Assembly: GCA_965199495.1 (NCBI GenBank) | Contig: CBDASK010000003.1 | Coordinates: forward strand, 4,576,001-4,640,000 | Direction: 5' to 3' | From: Abditibacterium sp. | Lineage (GTDB): Bacteria; Armatimonadota; Abditibacteriia; Abditibacteriales; Abditibacteriaceae | DNA: 64,000 bases | In this document: positions 49,628 to 59,448 of the stretch, one piece after another | Layout: each line of letters opens with the position of its first letter | Position numbering within the stretch: position 1 is the stretch's first letter | Notes under the pieces: generated by a model | What the model was told of the DNA's origin: nothing | What the model saw: only the letters and a program-made list of their open reading frames with translations | Databases searched by the model: none | Made by a program: the position numbers and the translations under genes

Positions 49628-50359
49628 CTACTTGGGCGTCGCGCCCAATTTCCACTGCGCGAAAAACGCGCGCAACGCCGTCAATTGATAATTCACGCGT
49701 TTGGCGAGCGGCAGCGGGCGCGCGGTCTCAATCGAAGTCGCGGGCACGCCCAGATATTTGGTGGCGCAATAAGTGGGACAAGTCGGAAACGCTTCCATTT
49801 TCAGGCTAAACCGTTCGCGCCCCGGTGGCGTGGCTGCATTGGCCGCAGCAGCCACGGCGGCGAAGTTATGGCGATAATCGGGAAAATCGAAGGTGAAAGT
49901 CTGGCCGTAACGCGCGCGGTCTGCGCTGTAAAATCCGCGCGATTCGTGCAAAGTCAAAAGCAAATCGGGCTTGGAATTTTTGATCAATTGCCACAGCGCG
50001 TAAGCCAAACGCTCGTTGCCATCGCCGTTGGCTTTGCCGGGAAATAAGGCGTTCATGTTGCGCCCGACGAAACGACGATTGGCCTGAATCGCGGGCACGT
50101 TGGCATCGGGCACGACAACCAGCGTGCCGCGTTGCACCGTCCAATTTTTCAATTGGCGCGCCGCCAAATATCCGGCGACTTCATCACCATGAACGCCGCC
50201 GATGACGACAATTGTCGGGCCGGGAGCCGCGCCGGTCTTCACATAATAGGCCGTTTGATAGGGCGTGCCCGTCATCAGCAGACCCGCAGTCTGAGTTTCG
50301 GCGCGCGCCACCAAAGCGCCGGAGCAGAGGCAAAAGAACGAGAACAAAAGAAAACGCAT
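49628..50359 (-). CDS. Succinylglutamate desuccinylase/aspartoacylase (M14-like) family protein
   Basis: GGVHGDEVAG, NMNALFPG, TLHE. Confidence 0.85.
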   Translation of the reverse strand: MRFLLFSFFCLCSGALVARAETQTAGLLMTGTPYQTAYYVKTGAAPGPTIVVIGGVHGDEVAGYLAARQLKNWTVQRGTLVVVPDANVPAIQANRRFVGRNMNALFPGKANGDGNERLAYALWQLIKNSKPDLLLTLHESRGFYSADRARYGQTFTFDFPDYRHNFAAVAAAANAATPPGRERFSLKMEAFPTCPTYCATKYLGVPATSIETARPLPLAKRVNYQLTALRAFFAQWKLGATPK

Positions 50360-50432
50360 CGCGTAGCAAGAATACCGCAAAACGGAACACTTAAGGTTTC
50401 AAAAGTTCTATACTGAGCGGCATCTTACTGAT

Positions 50433-51407
50433 ATGAGACAATCAATAAAAGTCGAGGACAAAGTTGCAAAAGTCGTTGCTGTGTGCGTCGTAGGAACGTT
50501 TGTCGGCGGATGCAGCCAGAATTCCGTTCCTGTAACCGAGGCCGTGGCTGCTCCAGTCGCCACACCGACGACCAAACCCACGCCCAAGCCGACAGCCACA
50601 CCGATGCCCAAACATATAGGCATCGGATTGTTTAGCGTAAAAACCAAACAAAAAGTTTTCGCGCTCACTTTCGATGATGGGCCAGACCCGTCTTACACGC
50701 CGAAAATCGTAAAAATTTTGCAGGAGAAAAAAGTTCCCGCTACATTTTTCATGGTCGGCGCGATGGTGCGCGCGCACGCCCCGACCGGAATGTTGGTCGT
50801 CAAAGCGGGCTTTCCGATTGGCAATCATACGTGGACGCACCCGATGCGCCCGCCCAATCCGCGCGCCGAAATCGAGCGCACCGACGCCATCATCGAGAAG
50901 AATCTGGGCATCACGCCGCACCTGTTTCGTCCGCCTTACGGCATTCGCACGAACGGTCTGGCGAGCGTGGCCAGTGCGCGCGGCGAAGACGTGATCATCT
51001 GGTCGTCCGATTCCGACGATTGGAATCACGGCACCAATGCCTCGCGCGTTTATAATAATGTGATGAAAAATGCGGGTTCGGGCGGCATCGCCTTGATGCA
51101 CGACGGCGGCGGCAACCGCTCGGCGACGGTGGCTGCTCTGCCGGGCATCATTGACGCGCTGCGCAATCGCGGATTTAAATTGGTGACAGTGCCCCAACTG
51201 ATGACGATGGGCCAACCCGACATCGCGCGCATCGGCCCGAAATCGAAGCGCAAGTCGCACGCGAAATCGCATAAAACTCACGCGCAGAAAGTCGCAACAA
51301 AGAAAGTAAATTCCACTAAAATGGTGCCCATGAAAGTCACGCCAACCCAACCCACGCCAAAGCCAGCAGCGACAACCAAAGCAACGCCAACGAAACCCGC
51401 GCATTAA
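50433..51407 (+). CDS. Polysaccharide deacetylase (CE4) lipoprotein
   Basis: LTFDDGP, NHTWTH, FRPPYG, LMHD. Confidence 0.93.
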   Translation: MRQSIKVEDKVAKVVAVCVVGTFVGGCSQNSVPVTEAVAAPVATPTTKPTPKPTATPMPKHIGIGLFSVKTKQKVFALTFDDGPDPSYTPKIVKILQEKKVPATFFMVGAMVRAHAPTGMLVVKAGFPIGNHTWTHPMRPPNPRAEIERTDAIIEKNLGITPHLFRPPYGIRTNGLASVASARGEDVIIWSSDSDDWNHGTNASRVYNNVMKNAGSGGIALMHDGGGNRSATVAALPGIIDALRNRGFKLVTVPQLMTMGQPDIARIGPKSKRKSHAKSHKTHAQKVATKKVNSTKMVPMKVTPTQPTPKPAATTKATPTKPAH

Positions 51408-52345
51408 CCGAAAATCGCCACGCTGATTTCTCCGTCGGCGCCGACTTGCCCGCGATACATGCCCGCCGAATTGAAGCACAATTCGATGTGGCCCGTTTTA
51501 TCAATCGCGATAACGCCGCCGTCGCCGCCGCGCGCGACCAACTTATTTTGCACGACTTCTTCGGCGGCTTCGCGCAAACTCAGGTCGCGATATTCCATTA
51601 ACGCCGAAATATCATAAGCCACGACGTTACAGATAAAATGCTCGCCGTGCCCGGTCGAAGAAACCGCGCAAGTCGCGTCGTTGGCGTAGGTGCCCGCGCC
51701 GACGATGGGCGAATCGCCGACGCGTCCCCATTTGCGATTGATCATGCCGCCCGTCGAAGTCGCGGCGGCCAAGTGTCCCACCTTATCAAGAGCCACGGCG
51801 CCGACGGTGCCGAATTTTTCGCCATCGGGCAAAACGTCGGCGCTCTGAACTTCGGCGGTTTCGCGCTGTAATTTTTCCAGTTTTTCGAGTTGATGCGGCG
51901 TGGCGAAATAGCTCGGCTCGACGATTTCGAGATTACAATGACGCGCGAACGCTTCGGCGCCCGCGCCAAGGAGCAGCACATAAGGCGAGCGTTCCATGAC
52001 GGCGCGCGCGGCGCTAACGGGATTGCGAATCGTCGTCACGCCCGCGACGCCGCCCGCCATTAACGTGCGCCCATCCATAATCGAGGCGTCGAGTTCGTTG
52101 CGCCCATCGTGGGTGAAACTGGCGCCGCGAGCAGCGTTGAACCAAGGCGAATCTTCGAGCAGACGCACGGCGACCTCGACCGCATCGAGCGCGCTGGCGT
52201 TCTGGTCGAGCATGGAATGCCCGACTTGCAAAACCTGCTGCAAAACATCGCGACAGGCGCGTTCTTGATCGGGCGGCAAATTGGCGGGCGTAATATCGCC
52301 CGCGCCGCCGTGAATCGCGAGGCCGAAATTGGGAGTTGAGTTCAT
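51404..52345 (-). CDS. iaaA: Isoaspartyl peptidase/L-asparaginase
   Basis: IHGGAG, GTVGAVA, ATSTGG, GRVGDSP. Confidence 0.92.
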   Translation of the reverse strand: MNSTPNFGLAIHGGAGDITPANLPPDQERACRDVLQQVLQVGHSMLDQNASALDAVEVAVRLLEDSPWFNAARGASFTHDGRNELDASIMDGRTLMAGGVAGVTTIRNPVSAARAVMERSPYVLLLGAGAEAFARHCNLEIVEPSYFATPHQLEKLEKLQRETAEVQSADVLPDGEKFGTVGAVALDKVGHLAAATSTGGMINRKWGRVGDSPIVGAGTYANDATCAVSSTGHGEHFICNVVAYDISALMEYRDLSLREAAEEVVQNKLVARGGDGGVIAIDKTGHIELCFNSAGMYRGQVGADGEISVAIFG

Positions 52346-52356
52346 AAAATTAAAAA

Positions 52357-52932
52357 CTAACGCGTTTCGATTTTTTCGATACGCCGGTCGGGAATGAACC
52401 AAATCGCCGCCACTACACAATAGAGCGCAAATCCCAACCAGTGATTGACGAAAGTGAGTGCAATCGCCAACAGATAAATCACCAACGAAATTTTGGCTTT
52501 GTAATCTTTGGTAATCGCCTCAGCGAGTTTGGAATTCGGCCCCTCGATTTTCAATAAAATACGCGAGAGAATCGTAAAAGCGAACGCGCACATCAATAAG
52601 CAAAATCCGTAAACCGCGACGGGAATGGTGGCGAAATGGTTCTCGCCCATCCAGCCCGACGCGAACGGAATCAGCGACAGCCAGAACAACAGATGCAAAT
52701 TCGCCCATAACGCCGCGCCGTTAGTTTTATGAACGGTTTGCAACATATGATGGTGATTGTTCCAATAAATACCGACGTAAATAAAACTCAAAACGTAAGA
52801 CAAAAATACCGGCAACAATTCGCGCAGATTTTCCAATTGCGCGCCGTGTGGAACTTTGAGTTCCAACACCATAATCGTGATGATGATTGCGATAACGCCA
52901 TCGCTAAAGGCTTCCATGCGGGACTTGTTCAT
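52357..52932 (-). CDS. TMEM175 family potassium channel
   Basis: RMEAFSDGVIAIIITIMVLE, WNNHH. Confidence 0.93.
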   Translation of the reverse strand: MNKSRMEAFSDGVIAIIITIMVLELKVPHGAQLENLRELLPVFLSYVLSFIYVGIYWNNHHHMLQTVHKTNGAALWANLHLLFWLSLIPFASGWMGENHFATIPVAVYGFCLLMCAFAFTILSRILLKIEGPNSKLAEAITKDYKAKISLVIYLLAIALTFVNHWLGFALYCVVAAIWFIPDRRIEKIETR

Positions 52933-52989
52933 AAGAAATTCTCGCCTTCAATTTAAACACAAATCGAGTTCGGTAAACTACCAATTGCT

Positions 52990-53613
52990 ATGAGCGCGCA
53001 ACATCAACTCGAAACTTGGACAGAGCAAGAATTTTGGGATTACGAAGAGAAATCCGAAGTTCGACACGAGTTCATCAACGGCCAACTTTACGCGATGGCG
53101 GGCGGCACTTTGAATCACGCCAAAATTTGCACAAACGTTGTCACGTCTGCCAAAACTCGTCTGCGAGGCAAGCGTTGCACTGCCGTGACCAGCGAACTCA
53201 AAGTCAAAGTCGAAGCGACTGGCGATTCGTTTTATCCCGACGCCACGATTTACTGCCCACCCTCGCGCTTTGCGGGCAAAGGCGATCACACGCTTTTGAC
53301 GCCCTCGGTTTTGTTCGAGGTTTTGTCGCCCAAAACCAAAGAGTTCAATCGCACCGGAAAAATGGCGTTTTATCAGAGAATTGAGACTTTAACCGATTAT
53401 CTCTTGATAGATTCGGAGCGCATCTGCGTCGAGCATTGGAGCCATGAGAACATCAACGAAGATTGGCGTTGGCGGCTTTACACCCAGTGCAGCAAAAGCG
53501 TGAAATTTCCCAGATTGGAAATCGAATTGCCGCTCGAAGAGATTTACGAAGAGTTGGAAATGATCGAAGATTGGGTCGAAAAGCAGATGGCGCGGGCGGA
53601 CGAAGACGATTAG
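52990..53613 (+). CDS. Uma2 family endonuclease-fold protein
   Basis: RHEFINGQLYAMAGG, YPD, EVLSP. Confidence 0.92.
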   Translation: MSAQHQLETWTEQEFWDYEEKSEVRHEFINGQLYAMAGGTLNHAKICTNVVTSAKTRLRGKRCTAVTSELKVKVEATGDSFYPDATIYCPPSRFAGKGDHTLLTPSVLFEVLSPKTKEFNRTGKMAFYQRIETLTDYLLIDSERICVEHWSHENINEDWRWRLYTQCSKSVKFPRLEIELPLEEIYEELEMIEDWVEKQMARADEDD

Positions 53614-53795
53614 GAGTTGTGCAGTTGGTTCGCGTCTGTCATTTCGAGCGGAGCCGAGAAATCTTGTGGCCCCGCGCCAGCGGAAATAATGCGTAGGTCT
53701 GAAGGTCAAAACCGCTCGAATTGCGTTGCCGCGCGGGCATAAGATTTCTCGACTCCGCTCGAAATGACAGACGCGAACCAACTGCACAACTCCTA
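53611..53795. mobile_element. MITE-like palindromic element; insert-free relative of 29022-29450
   Basis: TAGGAGTTGTGCAGTTGGTTC..GTCATTTCGAGCG TIRs; supplies the Uma2 TAG stop; flanks ACGAT/AAGAT. Confidence 0.8.
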
Positions 53796-53851
53796 AAGAT
53801 TAGCTTTGGGTAATAGACAACGTAATTCTCAGAAACTTGTGGCGCTGCGTT

Positions 53852-55012
53852 TTATTTCTGGCCAAAGAACGCCAGCATTTTTTCGAGCGCGTCGGCGCTG
53901 TGCATCTGCTCTCCGTTGTCTAAAGATTCGCGCGCGGCTTTTGCCGCTCTGGTTCGCATTTGGTTTTCGTAAGCCGCGATTGCGGTTTGCGTATCGCCGA
54001 AATTTTCGTCGCACAAATACCGGCTGAGTTCCAGAGCATCGAGCATCGCCATGTTGGCGCCTTCTCCCGCAAAGGGCGGCATGACGTGCGCGGCGTCGCC
54101 GAGCAGGGTCAAATTGGGCTGAGCGTCCCAATTTTGATTCAAAGGCATACAAACAATTGGGCGCGGAACAAGCGGCGTGGCTGCATTTTTCATCAGTTCG
54201 TGCCAGACATCGCTCCACTCGGCATATTCGGTTTTGAACCACGCCAGCATTTGCGTTTTATCCGAAAAATCTAAACCGCTATCTGCGGGCCAGTTTTCCT
54301 CGGTGACAAAGCTCGCGTAAAAAGTCAAGTCGCCGTTGCCTTTCATGCCCATCAATAAATTTTTGGTGTTTCCGAAAGCCATGATTTTGCCGCCGTCCAG
54401 CAATCTATAAATTTCGGGCGTTGCTTTTTCTGCGTTGTAAACCGTGCCTTCCAGCATAGTAATGCCCGAATAAAACGCCTTGATGTCGGTGATGTAAGGC
54501 CGAATTTTGGAGTTGGCGCCATCAGCAGCCACGACGACATCGGCATAAGCCGACGAACCGTTTTTAAAGTGCAAACGCCAGCCCGCATCTTGTTTTTCCA
54601 TCGAAACAAAATGGCTGTCCCACACCACGGTTCCCGGCTGCAAAGATTCCAGCAACATCTTCCGTAACGGGCCACGATCTATTTCGGGCCGAAAATGTGG
54701 GTTGCTGAAATCTGCTGCGGGCGCGGTTTCGTGGTCGCTGTAAAATATCTCAGCGCGCTCATTGACGATCAGCGTTTTATCGGCGCCGGGCCGATAATTC
54801 TGTTTGAACTCGTCCAACAAATCGGCGGCGCGCAACGCCGCCAGCCCCGAACCTTCGTGCATATCGAGCGGCGAACCAATCATGCGAGCCGTTTGGTCAA
54901 AATCTCGTTCATAAACTTTGACGCTCGCGCCTTTGCGTTGTAAAAGCCGCGCCAAAATGAGTCCGCCGGGGCCGCCGCCAACGACAGCGATACGTTTGTT
55001 TTGTATCAACAT
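53852..55012 (-). CDS. Tet(X)-like FAD-dependent monooxygenase
   Basis: GGGPGG, VYERD, RPEIDRG, ADGANS, GDAAHVMPPFAGEG. Confidence 0.85.
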   Translation of the reverse strand: MLIQNKRIAVVGGGPGGLILARLLQRKGASVKVYERDFDQTARMIGSPLDMHEGSGLAALRAADLLDEFKQNYRPGADKTLIVNERAEIFYSDHETAPAADFSNPHFRPEIDRGPLRKMLLESLQPGTVVWDSHFVSMEKQDAGWRLHFKNGSSAYADVVVAADGANSKIRPYITDIKAFYSGITMLEGTVYNAEKATPEIYRLLDGGKIMAFGNTKNLLMGMKGNGDLTFYASFVTEENWPADSGLDFSDKTQMLAWFKTEYAEWSDVWHELMKNAATPLVPRPIVCMPLNQNWDAQPNLTLLGDAAHVMPPFAGEGANMAMLDALELSRYLCDENFGDTQTAIAAYENQMRTRAAKAARESLDNGEQMHSADALEKMLAFFGQK

Positions 55013-55035
55013 AAATTACATTTTAACGCGCCAGA

Positions 55036-55155
55036 CAAATTGTGCGCTTTGCGAGATTAAAACTCGAACTGCCGCGCGAAGAGAATGACAAAGCGTTGGA
55101 AATGCTTCAAGATTGGGTCGAAAAATGGATAGCGCGCGAAGACGATTCGCGTTGA
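55036..55155 (+). pseudogene. Diverged 3' fragment of a Uma2 gene
   Basis: QIVRFARLKLELPREENDKALEMLQDWVEKWIAREDD matches the C-terminus of 52990-53613. Confidence 0.8.
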
Positions 55156-55286
55156 GAAACAGACAAAATAAAGCGGCGAAAAAATCTCGTCAAGACACTG
55201 TAATGGGAAGGACGCCAGCCCAGGTGGTTTGTGCTATTTGCAGCGGCGGGATTGCTCAGAAAAACGGCTTGCAGTTCTAAAAGATA

Positions 55287-55403
55287 ATAATCCGGTAACT
55301 TTTTGAAAGCCAACAAATCCAAGCGTGAAATCTGAATTTTTACTGGCACTATTACGTAGGTTTTAGCGTGAAATCTACGCAAATTCAAAAAGTTACCGGA
55401 TTA
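55287..55403. repeat. Inverted repeat with about 20-bp arms
   Basis: ATAATCCGGTAACTTTTTGAA / TTCAAAAGTTACCGGATTAT. Confidence 0.75.
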
Positions 55404-55428
55404 TCGAAAAGAGAGCCTATCGCGCGGC

Positions 55429-57045
55429 TTACTTCGGCCCAGTCTTGTCATAGCGCGTGCCTTTGAGAAGATCGGCGCGTTTTGGATCAATTTTAAGGGC
55501 CTCGTCCACATCCTTTTGTGCGTTGGCGAAGTCGCCTTTTTGGTCGTAAGCGGTGGCGCGCAAAAGCAGCGCGTCGGCGTGCTGGGCGTCCGATACCGAC
55601 ATCACTTCGCTCAAATCGGGCAAATCGTCGCCGTCCATCGCGTCGCCCAACGAAAAATTGACATCGGCGATCACGCCGTCCCAGTTTTTCTTCTGACTAT
55701 AAAGCCGCGCGCGCAGCAAATGCCGCGCGACCTGCGGATGCAATTTGAGCGCGGCGTTCACGTCGGCGATGGCGTTATCCGCATCATTGGTGGAGGCGTA
55801 AACCTGGGCGCGATTGTCCAGCATCTCGGCTTTGAACGCGTCGCCTGTCGCACCGGAAAAAACGGCGGGCCACGTATAAGTGAGTTCGGGCGGCAAATCA
55901 CGCGGTGCAAGCGTCACGGCGCGGGTGTAAATTTCGACGAGCTTTTTCGCGTCGGGCGCGGGATTGGAACGCTCAACTAAAGCCAGCAAAGCGGGCCACT
56001 GCGCGACCTGTGGCTCGATAGCGGCGGCTTGATTTATCAGCGCAATCGCATCGGCGCGCGCTTGCAAAGTCTCTTTTGCCGCCGCCGCTCTATCCGCGTC
56101 GTTGGGTATTATGGAAACCACTTTGGGCGGAGTGCTCAACAGGTAAATCGCTTTGGCAGCCAACGCGGGCGTATAATTCGCGTCGCGCTTCATCGTGTCG
56201 TCAAAATCCGTCAGAATTTCATCGCGATGGGAAACATCGAAAATAGAATTTTGGCCCGCGTGCAAGACGACCTGTGCGAGCGTGGCGTCGAGCAACGGCG
56301 CAGGCGATTTCTGGTCGAGTTGAGCTGCACTATCGAAGTCATGCGCCGCACGCTCCATTGCTTGCGCGCCGTTTTCTCTGTCGGCCACCGCACTGCGGAA
56401 ACGCAGCAAACCGCGCGCGCGCCACGCCGCACCGTCGTTGTGATTCTCGTGAAGCGCTTTGTTGGCGAGCGCCAGGTCTTCCGGGAAATCGGGTTCTTTC
56501 CAAGCGGCTTTGTCCGTTGCCGATTTTAAATCCGCTTTGGCGGCGGCGGTATCCTCGCGCGCATCTTTCAAATCGCCTTGCAGAAAACGCGCGCGCGCGC
56601 GCGCCAGATGCGCGTCGCTCCAATCGTTTTGAGCGGCGAGCGCGCTGCTAAAGTCGGTAATTGCGGCGTCGCTCTTGTCGCTCTTGGTGAAGTCAAAATA
56701 ACTCGACTTGTCCACGTCAAAATCGAGTTCGGCGAGTCCGCGATAATAGGCAGCCACGCCGATGTCGCGCGCGGGCGCTTGCTTATCCAACTCGATGACT
56801 TTGCTGTAATCCGCAATGGCTTCGCCGTAGAGTTGAAGTCCGCGTTCGGCATCGGCGCGGTCGCTGTAAGCCGCGATTAAAGCGTCGCGGTCGCCGCCAG
56901 CGTTGATTTTGGCGGTGGCGTTTGCGATGTCTTGTTGCGGAGATCCCAAATCGTCAACATCGTCAGCGCGAGCCAAGCGCGTTGGGCCAATAAAAACCCC
57001 GACCGCAACGGCAGACACAACCAAAACTAATGAGATTTTTTTCAT
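55429..57045 (-). CDS. Exported TPR-repeat protein
   Basis: Signal peptide; repeated AIADY/AIADV TPR helices. Confidence 0.85.
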   Translation of the reverse strand: MKKISLVLVVSAVAVGVFIGPTRLARADDVDDLGSPQQDIANATAKINAGGDRDALIAAYSDRADAERGLQLYGEAIADYSKVIELDKQAPARDIGVAAYYRGLAELDFDVDKSSYFDFTKSDKSDAAITDFSSALAAQNDWSDAHLARARARFLQGDLKDAREDTAAAKADLKSATDKAAWKEPDFPEDLALANKALHENHNDGAAWRARGLLRFRSAVADRENGAQAMERAAHDFDSAAQLDQKSPAPLLDATLAQVVLHAGQNSIFDVSHRDEILTDFDDTMKRDANYTPALAAKAIYLLSTPPKVVSIIPNDADRAAAAKETLQARADAIALINQAAAIEPQVAQWPALLALVERSNPAPDAKKLVEIYTRAVTLAPRDLPPELTYTWPAVFSGATGDAFKAEMLDNRAQVYASTNDADNAIADVNAALKLHPQVARHLLRARLYSQKKNWDGVIADVNFSLGDAMDGDDLPDLSEVMSVSDAQHADALLLRATAYDQKGDFANAQKDVDEALKIDPKRADLLKGTRYDKTGPK

Positions 57046-57238
57046 GATTTTCTCCCATGCAGCGACTCATTTCATCCAACTCATTTCAGCGCGCGAAGTC
57101 CAAATGAGGACACCGCCGAAACCGAAAGTGACAAGAGTTTCGCTGATTTTGATACGCATAGAAAGGACTCAAGTGAGAGTATTCAGTCGCGCGGGGAGAT
57201 TGGAAAATGTGGTTCAATCGCTCCGCTCTTCGATACAA

Positions 57239-57628
57239 CGCGCGCTTTGTAAACTAAACGGGTGCAAAACGCTTCTATTTTTCTACGATAGCGATATTAC
57301 GCTCTCGCTCATGTTCCGCGTAATAGCGCGCTTTGCCCGTTCGGTCGTTGACCATAATCGTTTTGTGAAAACCATCTAATGACTTGAATCCGGGAATTAT
57401 TGGATTGACAAGCACGTTCCATTCTCCTGTGTTCACGGATCGAGGTTCACGCCCACAATTTCAAACTCTTCCTTCCCGACTTCAGCCTCAAAAGTCGCGG
57501 CGATGACTCTGACGCGGTTTTCATCGAGCCGTGGTTTGCGACGCTTTCCGTTTTTGCCCATAGTCGTTTGATTATACAATCGGTGTTATCCGCGCGCTTT
57601 GTAAACTAAACGGGTGCAAAACGCTTCT
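57239..57628 (+). repeat. 38-bp exact direct repeat (57239-57276 and 57591-57628) spanning the lepA -10 box and start
   Basis: CGCGCGCTTTGTAAACTAAACGGGTGCAAAACGCTTCT twice. Confidence 0.92.
57275..57561 (-). pseudogene. Small frameshifted ORF between the direct repeats
   Basis: TATAAT then ATG MGKNGKRRKPR...NLDP*; continues in a shifted frame TGEWNVLVNP...AIVEK*. Confidence 0.5.
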
Positions 57629-59446
57629 CTCCTGCCCGCCGCGCGCGTGCCGCAGTCTCATATCCGTAATTTCTCGATTATCGCCCACATCGATCACGGC
57701 AAGTCCACGCTTGCCGACCGCATCTTGCAAATGACGGGCAACGTCGCCGACCGCGACATGAAAGAGCAACTGCTCGACTCGATGGACTTGGAGCGCGAGC
57801 GCGGCATCACCATCAAAGCCTCGGCGGTGCGCCTTGATTATACCGCGCGCGATGGGCAGCAATACGTTTTAAATCTGATTGACACGCCCGGCCACGTTGA
57901 CTTTACCTACGAAGTTTCGCGCGCGCTGGCAGCTTGCGAAGGCGCGTTGCTCATTGTTGATGCTTCGCAGGGCGTCGAGGCGCAGACGTTGGCCAACGCG
58001 CATCTGGCGATTATGAACGATCTGGAAATTATTCCGGTTCTCAACAAGATTGATTTGCCATCCGCCGACCCCGACCGCGTGATCGAAGAAATCGAGCAGA
58101 TCATCGGCTTGCCGGGCGAAGAAGCGATTTTAGCATCGGGCAAAAGTGGCATCGGTGTCGAAGATATTTTGGAAGCCGTCGTCGCGCGCGTGCCCGCGCC
58201 GATTGGCGATCCGAACGCGCCGCTCAAAGCATTAATTTTCGATTCGGCTTACGATACTTATCGCGGCGTCGTGGTCTACGTGCGTATCAAAGAGGGCATT
58301 TTGAAGCGCGGGCAAAAAATCCACATGATGGGGCCGGGAACCAACTTCGAGGTTCTGGAATTGGGCGTTTTTCGCCCACAGATGACGCCGACGAACGAAC
58401 TGCATCCGGGCGAAAGCGGCTATATTATCGCGGGCATCAAGGACGTGGCTGATGTTCGCATCGGCGATACCGTCACCGATTTCAAGAATCAGGCCGCCGA
58501 AGCGTTGCCCGGTTATCGCGAGCCGAAACCGATGGTTTTCTGCGGATTGTATCCGATTAACGCCGACGAATTCCCCGATTTGCGCGACGCGTTAGACAGA
58601 TTGCGTTTGAACGATTCGTCGCTGGTTTATCAGGCCGAAAGTTCGCCCGCGCTGGGTTTTGGTTTTCGCTGCGGCTTTTTAGGTTTGCTGCACATGGACA
58701 TCGTGCAGGAACGTTTGGAGCGCGAGTTCAATCTCAGCCTCATCGCCACGGCGCCGAGCGTTGTTTATCGCGTCGAATTGAACAACGGAAAAATCGTCGA
58801 AATTGATAACCCGTCGCAGATGCCGGAAAGCAAAGACCGCGAGCGCGTCGAAGAACCGATGGTGACTTGCACGATTTTAGTGCCCGGCGAATACGTCGGC
58901 GCGGTTTTGAAACTTTGCACCGACAAACGCGGCACCCAGAAATCAATGGATGTCGTCGCGGCGGGCCGCTATTCGATTGTCTACGAATTGCCATTGTCGG
59001 AATTGGTGATGGATTTCTTCGACCAACTCAAAAGCCGCACGCGTGGCTACGCTTCGATGGATTACGAAGTTTCGGGCTATCAAACTTCGCCACTCGTGAA
59101 AGTCGATATTCTGATTAACGGCGATTCGGTGGACGCTTTAAGTTTCGTGTGCCATAAAGATCAAGCGCACGGGCGCGGCAAACAAATCTGCGAAAAGATG
59201 AAAGAATTGATCGATCGCCAGATGTTCCAAATCAAAATTCAGGCGGCGATTGGCAGCAAAGTCGTGGCGTCCGAACAACTTTCGGCGATGCGCAAAGATG
59301 TAACGGCCAAATGTTACGGCGGCGACATTTCGCGCAAACGCAAGCTATTGGAACGCCAGAAAGAAGGCAAAAAGCGCATGAAGCAAGTCGGCAACGTCGA
59401 GATTCCGCAGGAAGCGTTCTTGTCGATTTTGAAGGTCGGCGATTGA
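57614..59446 (+). CDS. lepA: Translation elongation factor 4
   Basis: [34 protein letters not shown]. Confidence 0.98.
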   Translation: MQNASLLPAARVPQSHIRNFSIIAHIDHGKSTLADRILQMTGNVADRDMKEQLLDSMDLERERGITIKASAVRLDYTARDGQQYVLNLIDTPGHVDFTYEVSRALAACEGALLIVDASQGVEAQTLANAHLAIMNDLEIIPVLNKIDLPSADPDRVIEEIEQIIGLPGEEAILASGKSGIGVEDILEAVVARVPAPIGDPNAPLKALIFDSAYDTYRGVVVYVRIKEGILKRGQKIHMMGPGTNFEVLELGVFRPQMTPTNELHPGESGYIIAGIKDVADVRIGDTVTDFKNQAAEALPGYREPKPMVFCGLYPINADEFPDLRDALDRLRLNDSSLVYQAESSPALGFGFRCGFLGLLHMDIVQERLEREFNLSLIATAPSVVYRVELNNGKIVEIDNPSQMPESKDRERVEEPMVTCTILVPGEYVGAVLKLCTDKRGTQKSMDVVAAGRYSIVYELPLSELVMDFFDQLKSRTRGYASMDYEVSGYQTSPLVKVDILINGDSVDALSFVCHKDQAHGRGKQICEKMKELIDRQMFQIKIQAAIGSKVVASEQLSAMRKDVTAKCYGGDISRKRKLLERQKEGKKRMKQVGNVEIPQEAFLSILKVGD

Positions 59447-59448
59447 GC

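Noticed and set aside
57050..57238. Riboswitch upstream of the TPR gene
   Set aside because: No recognisable aptamer consensus or convincing structure by eye
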